From: Stegostoma tigrinum
Lineage: Eukaryota
DNA: 64,000 bases
Assembly (NCBI RefSeq): GCF_030684315.1
Contig: NC_081396.1
Coordinates: 2,232,001-2,296,000 of the forward strand
Direction: 5' to 3'
Part shown: in pieces, positions 12,751-25,776 of the stretch
How the letters are laid out: each line of letters begins with the position of its first letter
Position numbering within the stretch: position 1 is the first letter of the stretch
Notes under the pieces: generated by a model
The model's database searches: none
What the model was told of the DNA's origin: nothing
The model's input: the letters and a program-made list of their open reading frames with translations, nothing else
Position numbers and translations under genes: made by a program

Positions 12751-15700
12751 AAAAAAATTACCATGTCAAGTTTTTCACATTACCGTTTCACAAAAAAATG
12801 TTGTGGCTAAATATCCGTTCTTAAAATTCATTATTATTGAGTAGAGGCTGCTTAATTATTCAGTACTCATTTATAATTGAGTTTAGAATAACTGAAATAT
12901 TCATGGAGAAAGGTTTAAACAGGCATTGCGCAATATACTGCCTTAGTTCTCATTGCCTTAGGGCGTATCTGTTTTCACATAATAAAAAGAAACACTTTTG
13001 TGATTGCATTCAGTAACGTCTTGGTCTACATTGCACGAAACAGTCTTCTTATTTCATTGGACCACGCCTCTAATAGAACTTATCTGTCGTTATTTCCATT
13101 TCATAGAGTATGTCTCAGTTATTCCTTAATTTACAAATAAATAATTCGACATTTTCTTGTACAAGTCTCTCTTAGTGATTTCCTTGTTGTTAGAGCCTAT
13201 TTTCTTTTTCACCGTAGCGACTCTCGTAGTTAGGACACCTCTACTTCGCCACAATACTGATATAGTATAACTATAATTAATGTAACTAAGCCATGTTTCA
13301 GTTATCACTTCACCTGTCGTTGACTCTGTTTATGCTAAGCCAGGCTAATGCACTACAGAGTCTGAAACAATCTGTAACGTTTAGTGGCCCTTCCAGAATT
13401 TGTGGTTTAGCAGAACAACGAGATGTTCTGTTGGTTCCACATGGATTAGCGCTTGTATGAAATTGTATCCTCCTCAAGTACCTTCCAAAGCAAGTCAACA
13501 CAGGTTTCAAACAGTTCAGCAATGGACGTATTATATCATTCAGTTTAAGTAAAATCAATATCCACTCAAACGCAAGTACATTAATTAAATTGATGAATAT
13601 ATCTTGAAATAATTGGAACAATACATAAACAACGAGTGAAGGCTTGGGTTTGAGATGGGGTGTCAGCAACGTATCAATTGAACAAATTCAGACGTGGTGA
13701 GTGTAAAAATTCAGAATTTTCAGTCAACATATCACCCCGTATATATTTTGCGATGTGCAAAGATCTGTTCCGCTGAGTTAAAAATGAACGACAAGAATTA
13801 ATGTTTTACTCTTATTGATAGACATGCAACTGCATTGCACGTTGTAACTTAACTGTCCGTCTGGAAACTCTCATTCGGAATAACTGTGGGGTATCTCGAA
13901 TATCTCTCAGTGCTGGTGTGCAACAGCATTAATTCTTTCAATCTCTGAAAATAATGATGATTGGTCAGAAAATGGCCTGCTCTGTACAATTTTCTATCAC
14001 TTACTTACTGTTATTGTGCCCTGGCAGGAAATGAATTCCAACTAAGTTTTGATTTTATTCTGCAAAAATATTTGCAGTTTGCTTTCAGGGTTGAACTGAA
14101 TATTATTAATACCCAGTCTGCTCTCAGTATGCTGGGCTTCAACCTGGTCTACATATATAATTGATTGATATTTCATAATGTTGTGTGAAGTAATTACATT
14201 GTTTAGACTTGCACTGTTCAGCAGTAAACTGTATCTTTCAATATATTTTGCCACAATTCCATGTGGTCAATATTTATTAGATTCCTGAAGTACATAGCAA
14301 ATAATACATTATATATTAATCGTTACCTTTTTAACTTACTTTTTCATTTTAATTCAGTAAGATGTACTCTAGTGTAGTCAGAGTGACGTGCAATAATAAC
14401 ATCAAGTTTCCTGAATATTTAAAATGATTAATTTGAATTTCGAATTAATGAAGGAAAGTTGGAAAAAGCTATTGTGTTTGAAAGATTTTAAATGATCTCG
14501 TTTTGAATTCCACTTCTGGATTTTGTACATTTTTGTTTTTATTTTATTTTATCTGCCATAGCGGACATGGCTTTTTCTGCTAAGGGTAACACTCATTGTT
14601 TACTTTTAATTTCCACTTGAGAATGTGGCGTTCCAACTATTTCTCTAAACACTGCATTTGGAACATTGGGGATTCTTCGGAGGATCTGTAACAAATACAG
14701 TTGTTATGCAAAGACGCAAGGAAGTGTTAGAACAAACAGCAGGAAGCTTGGATAAACGACTGCATTAAAGAAAAAGATCAACAGAAGGGAGGAGAGATGC
14801 AGCCAATGGGAGGTTACAGGGGTAATTTGAAAGTTTGCAACCTCAAAGGTAAACTGATTCCCAATGATAATGACTCTGGTTATTTTCAGAGATATGCAAC
14901 TGGATAGCGTCAGAGTCCCACCGTGATCTCAGACAATTGTGTGAATTTAATGGGATTGTAGAATCTATGGAAGGATTTGAAACTCATTTGCTGATCTGCA
15001 CGTCAGCATGCACAGATTTTGTGGATGAATTACGAGTGGAATGGTTAAAGCTTTCAGCACCAAGTATTCAGACGATGCTTCAGTTATTTATTTTGCCAAA
15101 GCAGTTGTCTCAGTGCAAGAAAATAGAATCTGCGGCAGAGAAGAATTGCAATGACTCACGTATTAGCATGTGCTTAATCTCGTCGTGTATATCGACCAAT
15201 TGCAAATGAGTTTGAAACTGTCTGAATCTGTTCCTGAGGTACGAATATCAATGGAAGAGAACTGCCCTCATACAAGTTATTTGGGTTTGAAAGGTGCCAT
15301 CTCTTTCTCTCTCTCTCGATCTCTCTCTCTCTCTCTCCACACACACACGCACACACACACTGCAGTTGAGTCAGTGCTGTGGGTAGGGAGTCACGGTATT
15401 ACTGTTTAGCTGACGGCAATTGTTTGCTTTACTAAAGGTCATTCCATGATTGCATGACCTGGACGTTATTCATGGTCTTGCATTTTACAGCAGCGAAGTT
15501 GCCTATTTCATTGAGAGGTACTCTCATCAGAGAGAGGCAGAGATCAGCAGAAAGATACAGAGGAAAAGGGACACTGGGAATGTCAGAGAAGAAACAGAAA
15601 CGATCAGAGGAATTTTTTGTCAGCAGATCTCATTGCTTTATTCGTTGCTGTCAACTCTCCTGTCAGAGCATTCAATCCTGTATTTAGAAAACTCCTTCAG

Positions 15701-15789
15701 CTTCTCAGCAAGTCTGAACCACGCTATACTTTAGTATCATACTAGGAGGACCAATACATTTAAAATATTTTGGCTGCTCTTTTCATTCA

Positions 15790-16430
15790 ATGCATTGACC
15801 AGATACCATTCACTTTCTATTTTCCTTATCAATAATAATGGACTTTAAGATTAGAGAGATTTTTTTTCATAATATTGAGTATGTTTTCCAAAGGCTGTTT
15901 TTATTCCCTGAACAATGAAACCTTTTTTACTTGTGACACAGGAATGAGTGATGATTCAGTGTCATAAAGTCGTTCTGAATTAACGATCCAGGAGGGACAT
16001 CACATAAAACTACACTGACATTACTTGAGAACCGACACCAGTGGAACCCTAGATAATAAAATGTGAGGCTGGATAAACACAGCAGGCTCAGCACCATCTC
16101 AGGAGCACAAAAGCTGATGTTTCGGGCCTAGACCATTCATCAGACCCTTCTTGCTCTCTGATGAAAGGTCTAGGCCCGAAACGTCAGCTTTTGTGCTCCT
16201 GAGATGCTGCTGGACCTGCTGTGTTCATCCAGCCTCACAGTTTATTATCTTGGGTTCTCCAGCATCTGCAGTTCCCATTATCACTCACCAGTGGAACCCT
16301 AATCTTATACATGCGTGTCCCTTAGCAATTCTGCAATACTTACTGAAGACACATGGAGCCTCTAAAATTGCAAGACAGATTCTCATTTATCTTGTACAAA
16401 ACAAATAGAATGGATATTTTAACAGTCCCC
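15790..16430 (+). pseudogene. TRAV-like pseudogene interrupted by a Penelope-derived insertion and 3'-truncated
   Basis: V exon from 15942: GMSDDSVS*SRSELTIQEGHHIKLH*HYLRTDTSGTL [insert 16051-16285] ...LQYLLKT...LQDRFSFILYKTNRMDILTV. Confidence 0.72.
16051..16285. mobile_element. Short palindromic Penelope-derived element with 15-bp TSD and back-to-back hammerhead cores
   Basis: TSD CACCAGTGGAACCCT at 16036-16050 and 16286-16300; inverted arms; CTGATGA...GAAACGTC at 16158-16185 (+) and a mirror copy at ~16113-16143 (-). Confidence 0.85.
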
Positions 16431-16482
16431 ATTAACATACTCACCCTCCCACCTGATCATTGGCCACTCCTTTATCTGTCCA

Positions 16483-16920
16483 GAGATAATGAGAACTGCA
16501 GATGCTGGAGAATCCAAGATAACAAAGTGTGGAGCTGGATGAACACAGCAGGCCAAGCAGCATCGCAGGAGCACAAAAGCTGACATTTCGGGCCTAGACC
16601 CTTCATCCAAGGGTGGATGAAGGGTCAAGGCCCGAAACGTCAGGTTTAGTGCTCCTGAGATGCTGCTTGGCCTGCTGTGTTCATGCAGCTTCACACTTTG
16701 TTATCCTTTGTCTGCCCAACTGTCTTTCTCTCCCTTTGGGTTCTACCCTATCGTTTACACCCTATCCCACCGGCCTCCCTATTTTCTGCACATAATTTGA
16801 CTTTTTCCCAGCCACCATCAGTTCTGAGGAAGTGTTATAGGACCCAAAACGTTAACTCTGTATGCTCCTTCACAGATGCTGCTAGACCTGCTGAGCTTTT
16901 CCAGCAACTTTTTTAGTTCC
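16483..16920. mobile_element. Palindromic Penelope-derived element adjoining a second, older Penelope-type tail
   Basis: Same GATGAACACAGCAGG...GGAGCACAAAAGCTG arms in inverted orientation; second tail with a degenerate CTGAGGA...AAAACGTTA core at ~16823-16856. Confidence 0.75.
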
Positions 16921-17413
16921 TTATAAAGTACGTTAACTGCACTACTCACATTTATACACCCGATCATTTCCTCAAAATATTCAATCTGTTTGATATGACC
17001 TGCCGTGGACACCACCATGTGGACGCTCCCTGATCAAATCTTGCCTCTCTCCATGGAGAGTAATCCTCTCCCTCAAAATATTTTGTAGTCGCTTCCCTGC
17101 CACTGAAGTGAGACTCACTGGTCTGAAATTTCCTAGTTTATGCCAACACCCCTCTTGAGAAATGTAACCATATCAGCTGTTCTCCGACCTTCTCACACCT
17201 GTTTTGTGGCCAGAATGAAAATAAAAATGTGGATCAGGGCACATTTAATTTGGTCCCTCGTTTCCCATAACAGACTGTGATACAACTCATCCAGATCTTG
17301 GAATTCCTCCCTGACACCTCTCAGTAAGATTGAAGTGACACAGGTCTCAAAATAAACTGACAGTGAACATTAAATGGGACAGTCTGCAACAGGTGGCATT
17401 TGGAGTCACTCAC

Positions 17414-17505
17414 CTGCTGTGACAGTGATCATGATCCCATGTCCATCCACAGTTTCATATGCCCAACACACGGACACCACTGTCAGTTACCCCGGAACAA
17501 GAACC
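17414..17505 (-). other. NAR-TCR-type J segment (coding 17414-17466) with 23-RSS
   Basis: Minus strand: GGTTCTTGT, 23 nt, CCGTGTG, then WAYETVDGHGIMITVTA and a phase-1 GTGAGT donor (17408-17413). The GxG motif and TVT end fit a NAR-type J. Confidence 0.8.
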
Positions 17506-18205
17506 ACTTCGAGTTTAATTTGCTAGCCACCTGTTACTAGATACTCGGCTGTGCCTCGATTTATTCTGAGGATTTTGATCAATTAACAATATTTCTCCGA
17601 TCTTGTCGGTTCAAATTGTTATTTATCAGGCTCTTAGATCTTAGCAAGATGATACAGGAACATGGATCATAGATGAATGCTTCACAGAAATAGGGAAAAA
17701 GTGTCCCAGAAAGATTGCAGAAAAAGGAAAATTGAAGGAAATTGTATCAATGATACGGAATCTAATGCATTTAGCCATCTGGGACGACAATATGTTTTAT
17801 TTGTGCAGTGGTGGGTATTCAGATCTAATTCACTGCGCTACTCCAATCATTATACAAGGTGTTTCAAATCAACATTAAAACCTCAGACAATAGTGAAATT
17901 TGAAGATAACAATTAAACAACAAAGACTGCCTCCACGTTCCAGCTCTTAGATTTAGATCCCGATTTGTGTTCAGGATTCCAAACTGCATTCATCATTCCA
18001 ACATTTACACGTAGATTTCAATCACATGAAAATATCAAGCATCTGTGAAAATTCAGCATGTTTTTACTTGCTGAGGTTAACACTAATAAAACAGTAGCAT
18101 TAGAGATTTTAATGCATGACAGATATGTGAGGCAGGACTACGCATTTCTTTCTATCACAGGATAAATATACTCTTTTATATATTTCTGTGAAAATGTGGA
18201 GCGGG

Positions 18206-18751
18206 AGTTTTAGTACTGCGTGATGTATGGACAAGCACAGTGTCTATCATAGTAGTATTGTGCTGTACAGTCAGATGTGGTGGTGTCTTCAATTCTCACA
18301 TTCTGAATCTCTGGCGAAAATGTCTTTTCTTCTTTATTCGTGCGTACATCAATTCTCCCTCTGTCAGAGACCCGCTCCTGCTCTGAGCTGCTCTTGGTTT
18401 TCCCAAGGAAATAGCCATCTTGGAAATAATAACCCCAGAAGTGACCTTAGTAAACACAGGGAATGGTGAGAGACTGACCCTCATTTTTGGTCACTGCTGT
18501 TGGGGTCGGGTGTCACTGACTGACTGAACAAGCCTGGAAATTATACAGGGGGAGGTTAATTGATGTTCAGAGCGAAGTGAAACATCAAACGATGCTACCC
18601 CCGCGGTGATATTGGCAAATAATGCAGTCATGAGTTATATTGAATCAAAGCAACGTCCGTTTGTTTCATTTGTATTCACCACGTACCCAGATATACAGGG
18701 TAAAAATGTCAGAGATGCACATGTTTCCACCGCCTGAATCTGACGGGTGAT
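18206..18751 (-). pseudogene. NAR-TCR-like (IgNAR-type) V pseudogene: leader ~18687-18751, V exon 18243-18533, RSS 18206-18242
   Basis: TPTAVTKNEGQSLTIPCVY*GHFWGYYFQDGYFLGKTKSSSEQERVSDRGRIDVRTNKEKKTFSPEIQNVRIEDTTTSDCTAQYYY. Lacks CDR2 and has the NAR-like ER-S-GR and NK-KTFS patterns. CACTGTG, 21-22 nt, ACTAAAACT. Stop, frameshift and lost ATG. Confidence 0.82.
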
Positions 18752-21700
18752 ATGACAGGGACCTGAGGTGTGCAGCCAAGAACTTCTCTGGGAGACTGGA
18801 CCTCTGATCTGGTTTGAAATACTGAAAAGGTTTGAGGATATCCCCATGAGAAATCTTTTCTGATATTACTGATGGAAGGCACAGTTCCAAAAGCACCGTC
18901 TGCGTGTTATATGAATACTGAAAGATTTAAAGAGGCATCACGCAACATCTCTTGAAACAGATAGAATTACCACTCGCACTTTAGTCTGATGTACACAGCT
19001 TTGGATATTGGTTTGACACGCCAGTGAAGCCGTCGCCTTCTTGTCCACAAGAATGAGGTGGGAGGTCTGTAATTGGGGCTTTATTGTGTGTGGTCTGATT
19101 GGAAGGATGGCCCCTTGTCACAGTGATTTTTCAGCTTGCATGCAGAAAGAAGCAAAATTCATTTAGAATAAAACGTTCTCTGTCATTTTAGCCAAGGTTT
19201 ATTACAAATGAAATTGGCAGTTAACACTTAGATTCCATCGATTAATTTCTGCCTCCCCACCACACTCAGTTCACGGCTTCAGTGACAGAGAACAAACTGG
19301 CACTCAGAAAGATAATGGATATTTGGTTAAGCATTTTGTTTTTACAATATTTGCATTTTCTTTGCCAGACTAAGCTCTGACTCAGCTATTGTGACAATAG
19401 AGTTCCTTTTGTTACATTGCTCCCTCTCTCGATCACATCACTGACTACATTGTATTATGACATATCTTTGTATTAAACTCCGATACCAGATTTTCCACTC
19501 AAATATGCCTAAAATAAGATTATACTAGGCCGGGTCATAATTGCTACCAAAGCACACAACAGTATCGCTTTTTACATTACTCATCACTGTTGCTCTTGTG
19601 ATTACGATGGGCTCTGCGTCCGTTATTACCAGACGCGAACATTCCTCCCGTTACATTCCTTCGGCCATCTCTCCCCGCACTTGGTCCTATACTTCCCAAT
19701 ACACGATTTGGTAATTAATCCCCATGCATCGATCCTTATTTCGGTCACACGAGGACATGCATCATCTGTATCTTCGCCAGAAACCTTGAGTTCATTCTCA
19801 AACATTTCGGCATAAATTCTTCACGAATGGAACATGCCCAAAGTCTGAAAAGCCTGACCCTGTCAGTTGGCATATCCTTACTTGCTTTTTTCGATTTCAA
19901 ATACCCACTATTATGTAAAGTTTTTTTTTCGTATGAGTGCAGTACAGTTGGTGGGCAGATGCACATGTTATAAGTGATGTGAAAACCTGGAATGGGGGTG
20001 CAACTAATTTAAAACACAATTATTTATGATGACTGCTGGACTGTTTTCAGGGCCCAAAGTTCTTGTAAGAACAATTGATGCGCATGATTGCTTATTGTAC
20101 AAATATAAACTCCTGGAGACCAGCTATAAATTAATTTTATTATTTTAAGGTGGCTATTCTAACATTTGATCTGAAAATGTGACACGACCTAGTCAGATGC
20201 AGCAGTATTGACGTTTCTCCTCAATTGTAACATGGATTTGTGCAGAAGCCACAATGGTGATCATGTGTGCGTAGAGATGCTGGCAATCCTGAAACCAATT
20301 AGCAAAGACCACTCTCACCATAAGTGAACAAAGTCTGTCGTTTGACACATGGAGCATGTTACAGTAAACATCATTTACAGCCTTTTTTTAAAAAAGCTCA
20401 ATCCAATGAATACTGATGGTGATATTTGCTCAGGAAATGTGCTCGAGATGGCCCATCAAGGTGAAGGGTAGGCAATACGTAGATTGGGGATGCAATTATG
20501 GGGAGGAAAGCGAGAATCGTTTCAACCAGCTTTTGAATTTTCACTTTTGTGCAATTATATGGTAAAGTGTTTATTTGTGATGGCAAGAAATCAGAGAAGG
20601 TATGTCAAACAGACGACATTCATTATGATTCAGATAGAAAGCTTTAGACTTAGAGCTTATTTTCATTTGTTTTCGACTGCAGGAATACGGGAGTACAGTG
20701 AATAGCATAAAACCCTGTTATTCTCGTGTGTCACCTTAGTGGACAAAATTAAGAATTAAAAACATACAGAAATAAAAGCAACAGTCAAAAGTAAAAGAAA
20801 CGTCTAAATCGCTCCTCTGCCTTCACCATGGGACCTTTCAGGCAGTAAAAAACGAAGTCACAAAGTCCACCTCAAAGTCTACAAACATTCAGGTGGCCCA
20901 AGTCCTCATAAGCTGCCACAGTCAGGAAACAGCTGCGTCCACTACCAGCTACCCGGCCCAAGCCATAGCCTGGAGACACATTTCTCCTACTGGAAGAACA
21001 TCCCTATTCTTTGAGGCTATCTTGCCTGTGTCATTCTCTTTCTACATTTTCAAAAGGTCTTCAGTTGTCAGTTGTGTTTTCAACACAATTTGCAGTCATC
21101 GGTGATAGAAAACTTCTCTGCATTCTGCTACTGGGTGTGATAAATCGAGTTCTAGGCTCCAGAATTTTGAGGAAGCAACGCACAACTTTGATACAGTAAG
21201 ATTGTTCAAGAGGGTTTTGCAGGCTTTGAGCTTTTCTGGTGTTTTCTTTTGATAATCCAGGAGGGATAAGTTCCTTTACAGAACCACTCCCAATTAACTA
21301 ATCATGGCATCATGCTTTAATCTTTCACAATCAATGTTGATACACTTTCATTTCACTTTCATTTTATAGGAAGAACACAGTACGTATGGCTTTGGAGGAG
21401 CCCACTATGTGATACAACGTGTGGCAACTTTTCATACAACGTTTTGAAGGACTCGTACAGGATGCTGATTCAAGTGTTCTAAATAGGGCCACCCGAGAGC
21501 CTAGTAGAGACCATTAACCAGGCTTTTTATCGAGCTTCTCATTCATAAAAGCTGTCTTCTTTTCCGTCTGAATGTTCCAAAACTAAACTGCATAAATGTG
21601 ATAATTGTATTCACCTCAGCAGCAATGTACATCATAATGAATTATACCAAGTTACCAGCTCCTCATTAATGTGGTGGGTGTATTTCAATTTCCCTAAAGT

Positions 21701-22273
21701 GTTAGACTGTCATGCAATCTCCTCACAGGGTTGGAGTTGTTGTCCAAATGTTGGACAGTCGTAAAATCGAAGGGCCAGTTTGTAGGTGGCCGCATTGCAT
21801 TTTGCGCCGAGGTGAGCTGAATTTGCTGTTAACTGCATATGGGTTTGACTTGGTTTTTGGTGGATAAAATTACACTAACGTGAAATAGTACATACAAACT
21901 GTACCAGACTTTATTGAACTTGTATATGCACTAAACCGGGTATATCAACAAATCTGACTGTGCTGAATTACACATGTTTCACACTGATGTTAACAGTAGC
22001 GTTTTGGATATAACGGCACAAGCCTGGCTGAGAATTGTACTTTGTCAGTGAAGACAAGGCTTGTGCAGTCCGAAAGTAAATACTTTGAGGAATCTACCAA
22101 CGTTTTTGACAGAAACAATCACGTTGCAGTTGCATGTGTTCAAACAGACGCAATAAAGATCAGGGTGAGAAGGTGATTATGTCTCTCAAGGCAATGTGTT
22201 CTTCTCAGACTGGCCAGTAACATATGTCAAAACATCTGCTTTGGGGAAAAATCCAGTCTTGGCAGGAGGTATG

Positions 22274-23455
22274 TGTCTCTGTAAGAGATGCCATTAGTTC
22301 TAACGAAATATGCAGAGACGAATGATGATAAAAAGAGTTTGAGGCATGGTATGCTCTTAGTTGCCCTAGCTCGTGATTAATAATCATTACATCTCATCAT
22401 AAACGTCAGATGAACAGCAGCTGCCCCTATCTGTTATGTTCCATGAATGCAGTTTATCTAAAAATGTAACACATCTAATTATCTCCCTGCAGACTTGTCA
22501 CCAGTGAAGTGCATATCGCATCAGAGTTTGTGTTAGAAATGCGTGGATTACCATAAAGGTTAGTGTTTGCCGTTTACTGTCCTGCCCTTGCAGTAATCGA
22601 AATATCAGGTGAAGTGTAGAATCTCTGCGTAGCTGCGTGGATCATAAATAGACTGTGTCAATTCTTCATTTCGCCACTGACATATCTCCGTGATAACAGT
22701 GACAAAGTAATTTTTAAAAGCTTCATTGAATGAGAGAGTGGGAATTTTAAATCATTTCATTTATAGAATGCAGACGCCATTGCCTCGGTCAGAACTTGTT
22801 GTTCTTTCCTCGTTTCCATTATAAAGACGGCAGAGAGCAGTCTTCTTAAACTCTTGTAGATATTAGCCTTAGGTAGACACGCAATTCTTTGGATTTTGAC
22901 CGCCTTCCTGACAGCATTGTGAATAAACTTGAAAGAAATTTACTGTAATTGACCAAGAAGTTAGATCCTCCCGTTCTGCAGGACAGTTAGGTATGAGTAA
23001 TTAAGATAAATAGCTTCAATCAATGAAAAGACTATTACGTATTGTCTTATGACTACTCTTACCGTGGGTGTATCGTCACCTGGCCATCATGATATCGATT
23101 AAACAGTGTTCCAACAATTCGAAAAAAGAGTTTGGGACCATTGATTCAGTCTTTGAATTTATTGAAATAATATTATTAATCGGTGAGTTGTTGACAGATA
23201 TTGAAGCAAAATATGTTTCCCATATTGGTTGCACACTATTTTCACCTGCCTCACGGAGCACAATCTCTGTTTTCGGTCTGTAGGTTTTAAGCCCAGCCTG
23301 ACCTTACATATTGACAATTGTTAATGCTTTTATAATACTGTCCACTAAGGCAGAATTTCCTTCTGCAACTAAGAGCATACCATGCTTCAAACTCTTCTCA
23401 TCATCATTCGTTTCTGCATATGTCATTAGAACTAATGGCATCTCTTACAGGGACA
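22274..23455. repeat. ~90-bp diverged inverted repeat pair (22274-22364 and 23365-23455)
   Basis: CTGTAAGAGATGCCATTAGTTCTAA...GCATGGTATGCTCTTAGTTGC versus its reverse complement 1 kb downstream. Confidence 0.85.
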
Positions 23456-24919
23456 GAAAACATCGATAGGCAAAAACTGCTTTGAAAAGGAGTTCATAGA
23501 ATAATTTCATATTGGCTCATTATATTTGCTGGTTCTGGCCTCAACTAGGTAGATGACTTGCCAAATGCTCTGTTGTACAACAAGGCAGGATAAGTTGCTG
23601 GCTTCATACTGGATGTATCTAGATGCCATGATGTGACAATATTTGACATTCACTTTGAGGCATAGAAGTGTGTTCCAAATCTAGACTTTCAAACTAAAGT
23701 GAGGATATTAGAGTCATCAACAGCCTTCTCAACATTGAACTTAAAAATTAGAATGAAAGACGCGTGAATTGTGATGCAATGCAAATCATTTAAGTGAATG
23801 TTTCAGAACACAAAGAAGGCAGCAGATAAACCAAAATCCAAAATAAATGCTCCAAGGATACGTCCCCCATCTGTAATTAACCGAAAATGTTAGCGATTTA
23901 ATCTTAAAGAAATAACAGATAATTGAGCAAAAACTGGTGAAAGGTCAGGATATTGAACAGAATATAAAAGCTGGTGCATGTGTGAATAATTGATTATGCA
24001 GCAGAGAAACACTTGGGTGGGATAGATAGTAGATCATTTCAACTGGCGTTTGGCATTGGCTTTTGCAGTAGTGGAGACAAATAATATCACAGGAATAGAT
24101 GTAAATCTGTACATATATGCGAGGGAGGGTATAAAGGAAGATAAGAGCACCAGGGAAGAGAATTTGAGTAAATATTTTGAACTGTGTGCGAACAACAGTA
24201 GATTAACCATAAGATTTAAAAACAATTGCCTAGTGAGATTATGGCTGTGTTTGTTTAAGTTTTTCAGAATTCACTGGATTTGGAAAAAGTTCACATTAGA
24301 TTTACAAATTGCAAAACTAACACCTTTTCCCAAGGACTGGGTGCATAGGATGGGCCGACTGACTACTAGTTAATGCTCATATTCAATGATATTCGACAGC
24401 TGCATGAGTGATTAGATTGAATAGGATGGGCTGAAGGCTAAAATTGTTAATGATACTCGACAAGCTGCAAAACCTTGGTTGAATCTTGTTAACATCCCTT
24501 TACCGGCCAAAGATGGCACCTGCAGCTTGTTTTACGGAAGCTGTGTTTTGTCTTCTGTATTTGCTTTTTTTGTGCAGACTATTTGTCACACTTTAGAAGA
24601 GAGAGAGAGTTTAGTTCTAAATGGCTAGGCGTCACTTCGACTTGGAATCGGGAACAAAACCATAAATGAACTTAAACCTCTGAATCAGCCGTTGATTGAG
24701 GGGTCACCATCAGGCAGGAGAATGTGAAATTTGTTGCTTTTTTCTGGTAAGTCATGAGACTTGTTGCTCTTTTTTCTCTTTTCTTTTCAATTTTGTTATT
24801 ACCACTGCAATAATTTCATTTTCCCATCATAATATTTTATTTTTAGTTAGTAAATATTCATATTTAAGTGAAATCTTGTTGTCAAACATGATTTTATCAA
24901 AGTGAAATCCTAACTAAGA

Positions 24920-25776
24920 TGATAAAGTGTGAAACTGGATGAACACAGCAGGCCAAGCAGCATCTCAGGAGCACAAAAGCTGACGTTTCGGGCCTGGACC
25001 CTTCATCAGAGAGGGGGATGGGGTGAGGGTTCTGGAATAAATAGGGAGAGAGGGGGAGGCGGACCGAAGATGGAGAGAAAAGAAGATAGGGGGAGAGTAG
25101 AGTATAGGTGGGGAGGTAGGGAGGGGATAGGTCAGTCCAGGGAAGACGGACAGGTCAAGGAGGTGGGATGAGGTTAGTAGGTAGGAAATGGAGGTGCGGC
25201 TTGGGGTGGGAGGAAGGGATGGGTCAGAGAAAGAACAGGTTAGGGAGGCAGAGACAGGATGGGCTGGTTTTGGGCTGCAGTAGGGGGAGTGGAAGAGCTG
25301 GGCTGGTTGTGTGGCGCAGTGGGGGGGGGGGGACGAACTGGGCTGGTTTTGGGATGCGGTGGGGGAAGGGGAGATTTTGAACCTGGTGAAGTCCACATTG
25401 ATACCATTGGGCTGCAGGGTTCCCAAGCGGAATATGAGTGCTGTTCCTGCAACCTTCGGGTGGCATCATTGTGACACTGCAGGAGGCCCATGATGGACAT
25501 GTCATCTAAAGAATGGGAGGGGAAGTGGAAATGGTTTGCAACTGGGAGGTGCAGTTGTTCATATCGAACCGAGTGGAGGTGTTCTGCAAAGCGGTCCCCA
25601 AGCCTCCGCTTCGTTTCCCCAATGTAGAAGAAGCCACACCGGGTACAGTGGATACAGTATACCACATTGGCAGATGTGCAGGTGAACATCTGCTTAATAT
25701 GGAAAGTCATCTTGGGGCCTGGATAGGGATGAGGAAGGAGGTGTGGGGCAAGGGTAGCACTTCCTGCGGTTGCGGT
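24920..25776 (-). mobile_element. 5'-truncated Penelope-like retroelement with GIY-YIG endonuclease remnant and 3' pLTR
   Basis: ORF 25240-25710: FTCTSANVVYCIHCTRCGFFYIGETKRRLGDRFAEH...PVANHF, followed by a pyrimidine-rich spacer and a hammerhead-containing terminal repeat. Confidence 0.9.
24979..25010 (-). ncRNA. Minimal hammerhead ribozyme core (Penelope pLTR type)
   Basis: Minus strand UCUGAUGA-AGGGUCCAGGCCC-GAAACGUCAGC: CUGAUGA box, GGGUC/GGCCC stem II, GAAA box, palindromic ACGU helix III, UC cleavage site. Confidence 0.72.

Noticed and set aside
12242-12844. 200-aa ORF
   Set aside because: Arises from the pyrimidine-rich Penelope fragment.
14880-15100. Faint V-like words (DSV.QSPTVIS; DDASVIYF)
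   Set aside because: No conserved Cys/Trp or RSS; cannot be separated from chance by eye.
17811-17882. Candidate D segment for the NAR-TCR cassette (CACTGCG-CTACTCCAAT)
   Set aside because: Nonamers and second heptamer are too degenerate and the spacing is wrong on one side.
21853-21880. GGTTTTTGG, 12 nt, CACTAAC, resembling a J/D RSS
   Set aside because: The heptamer lacks the essential GTG end and no J motif follows.
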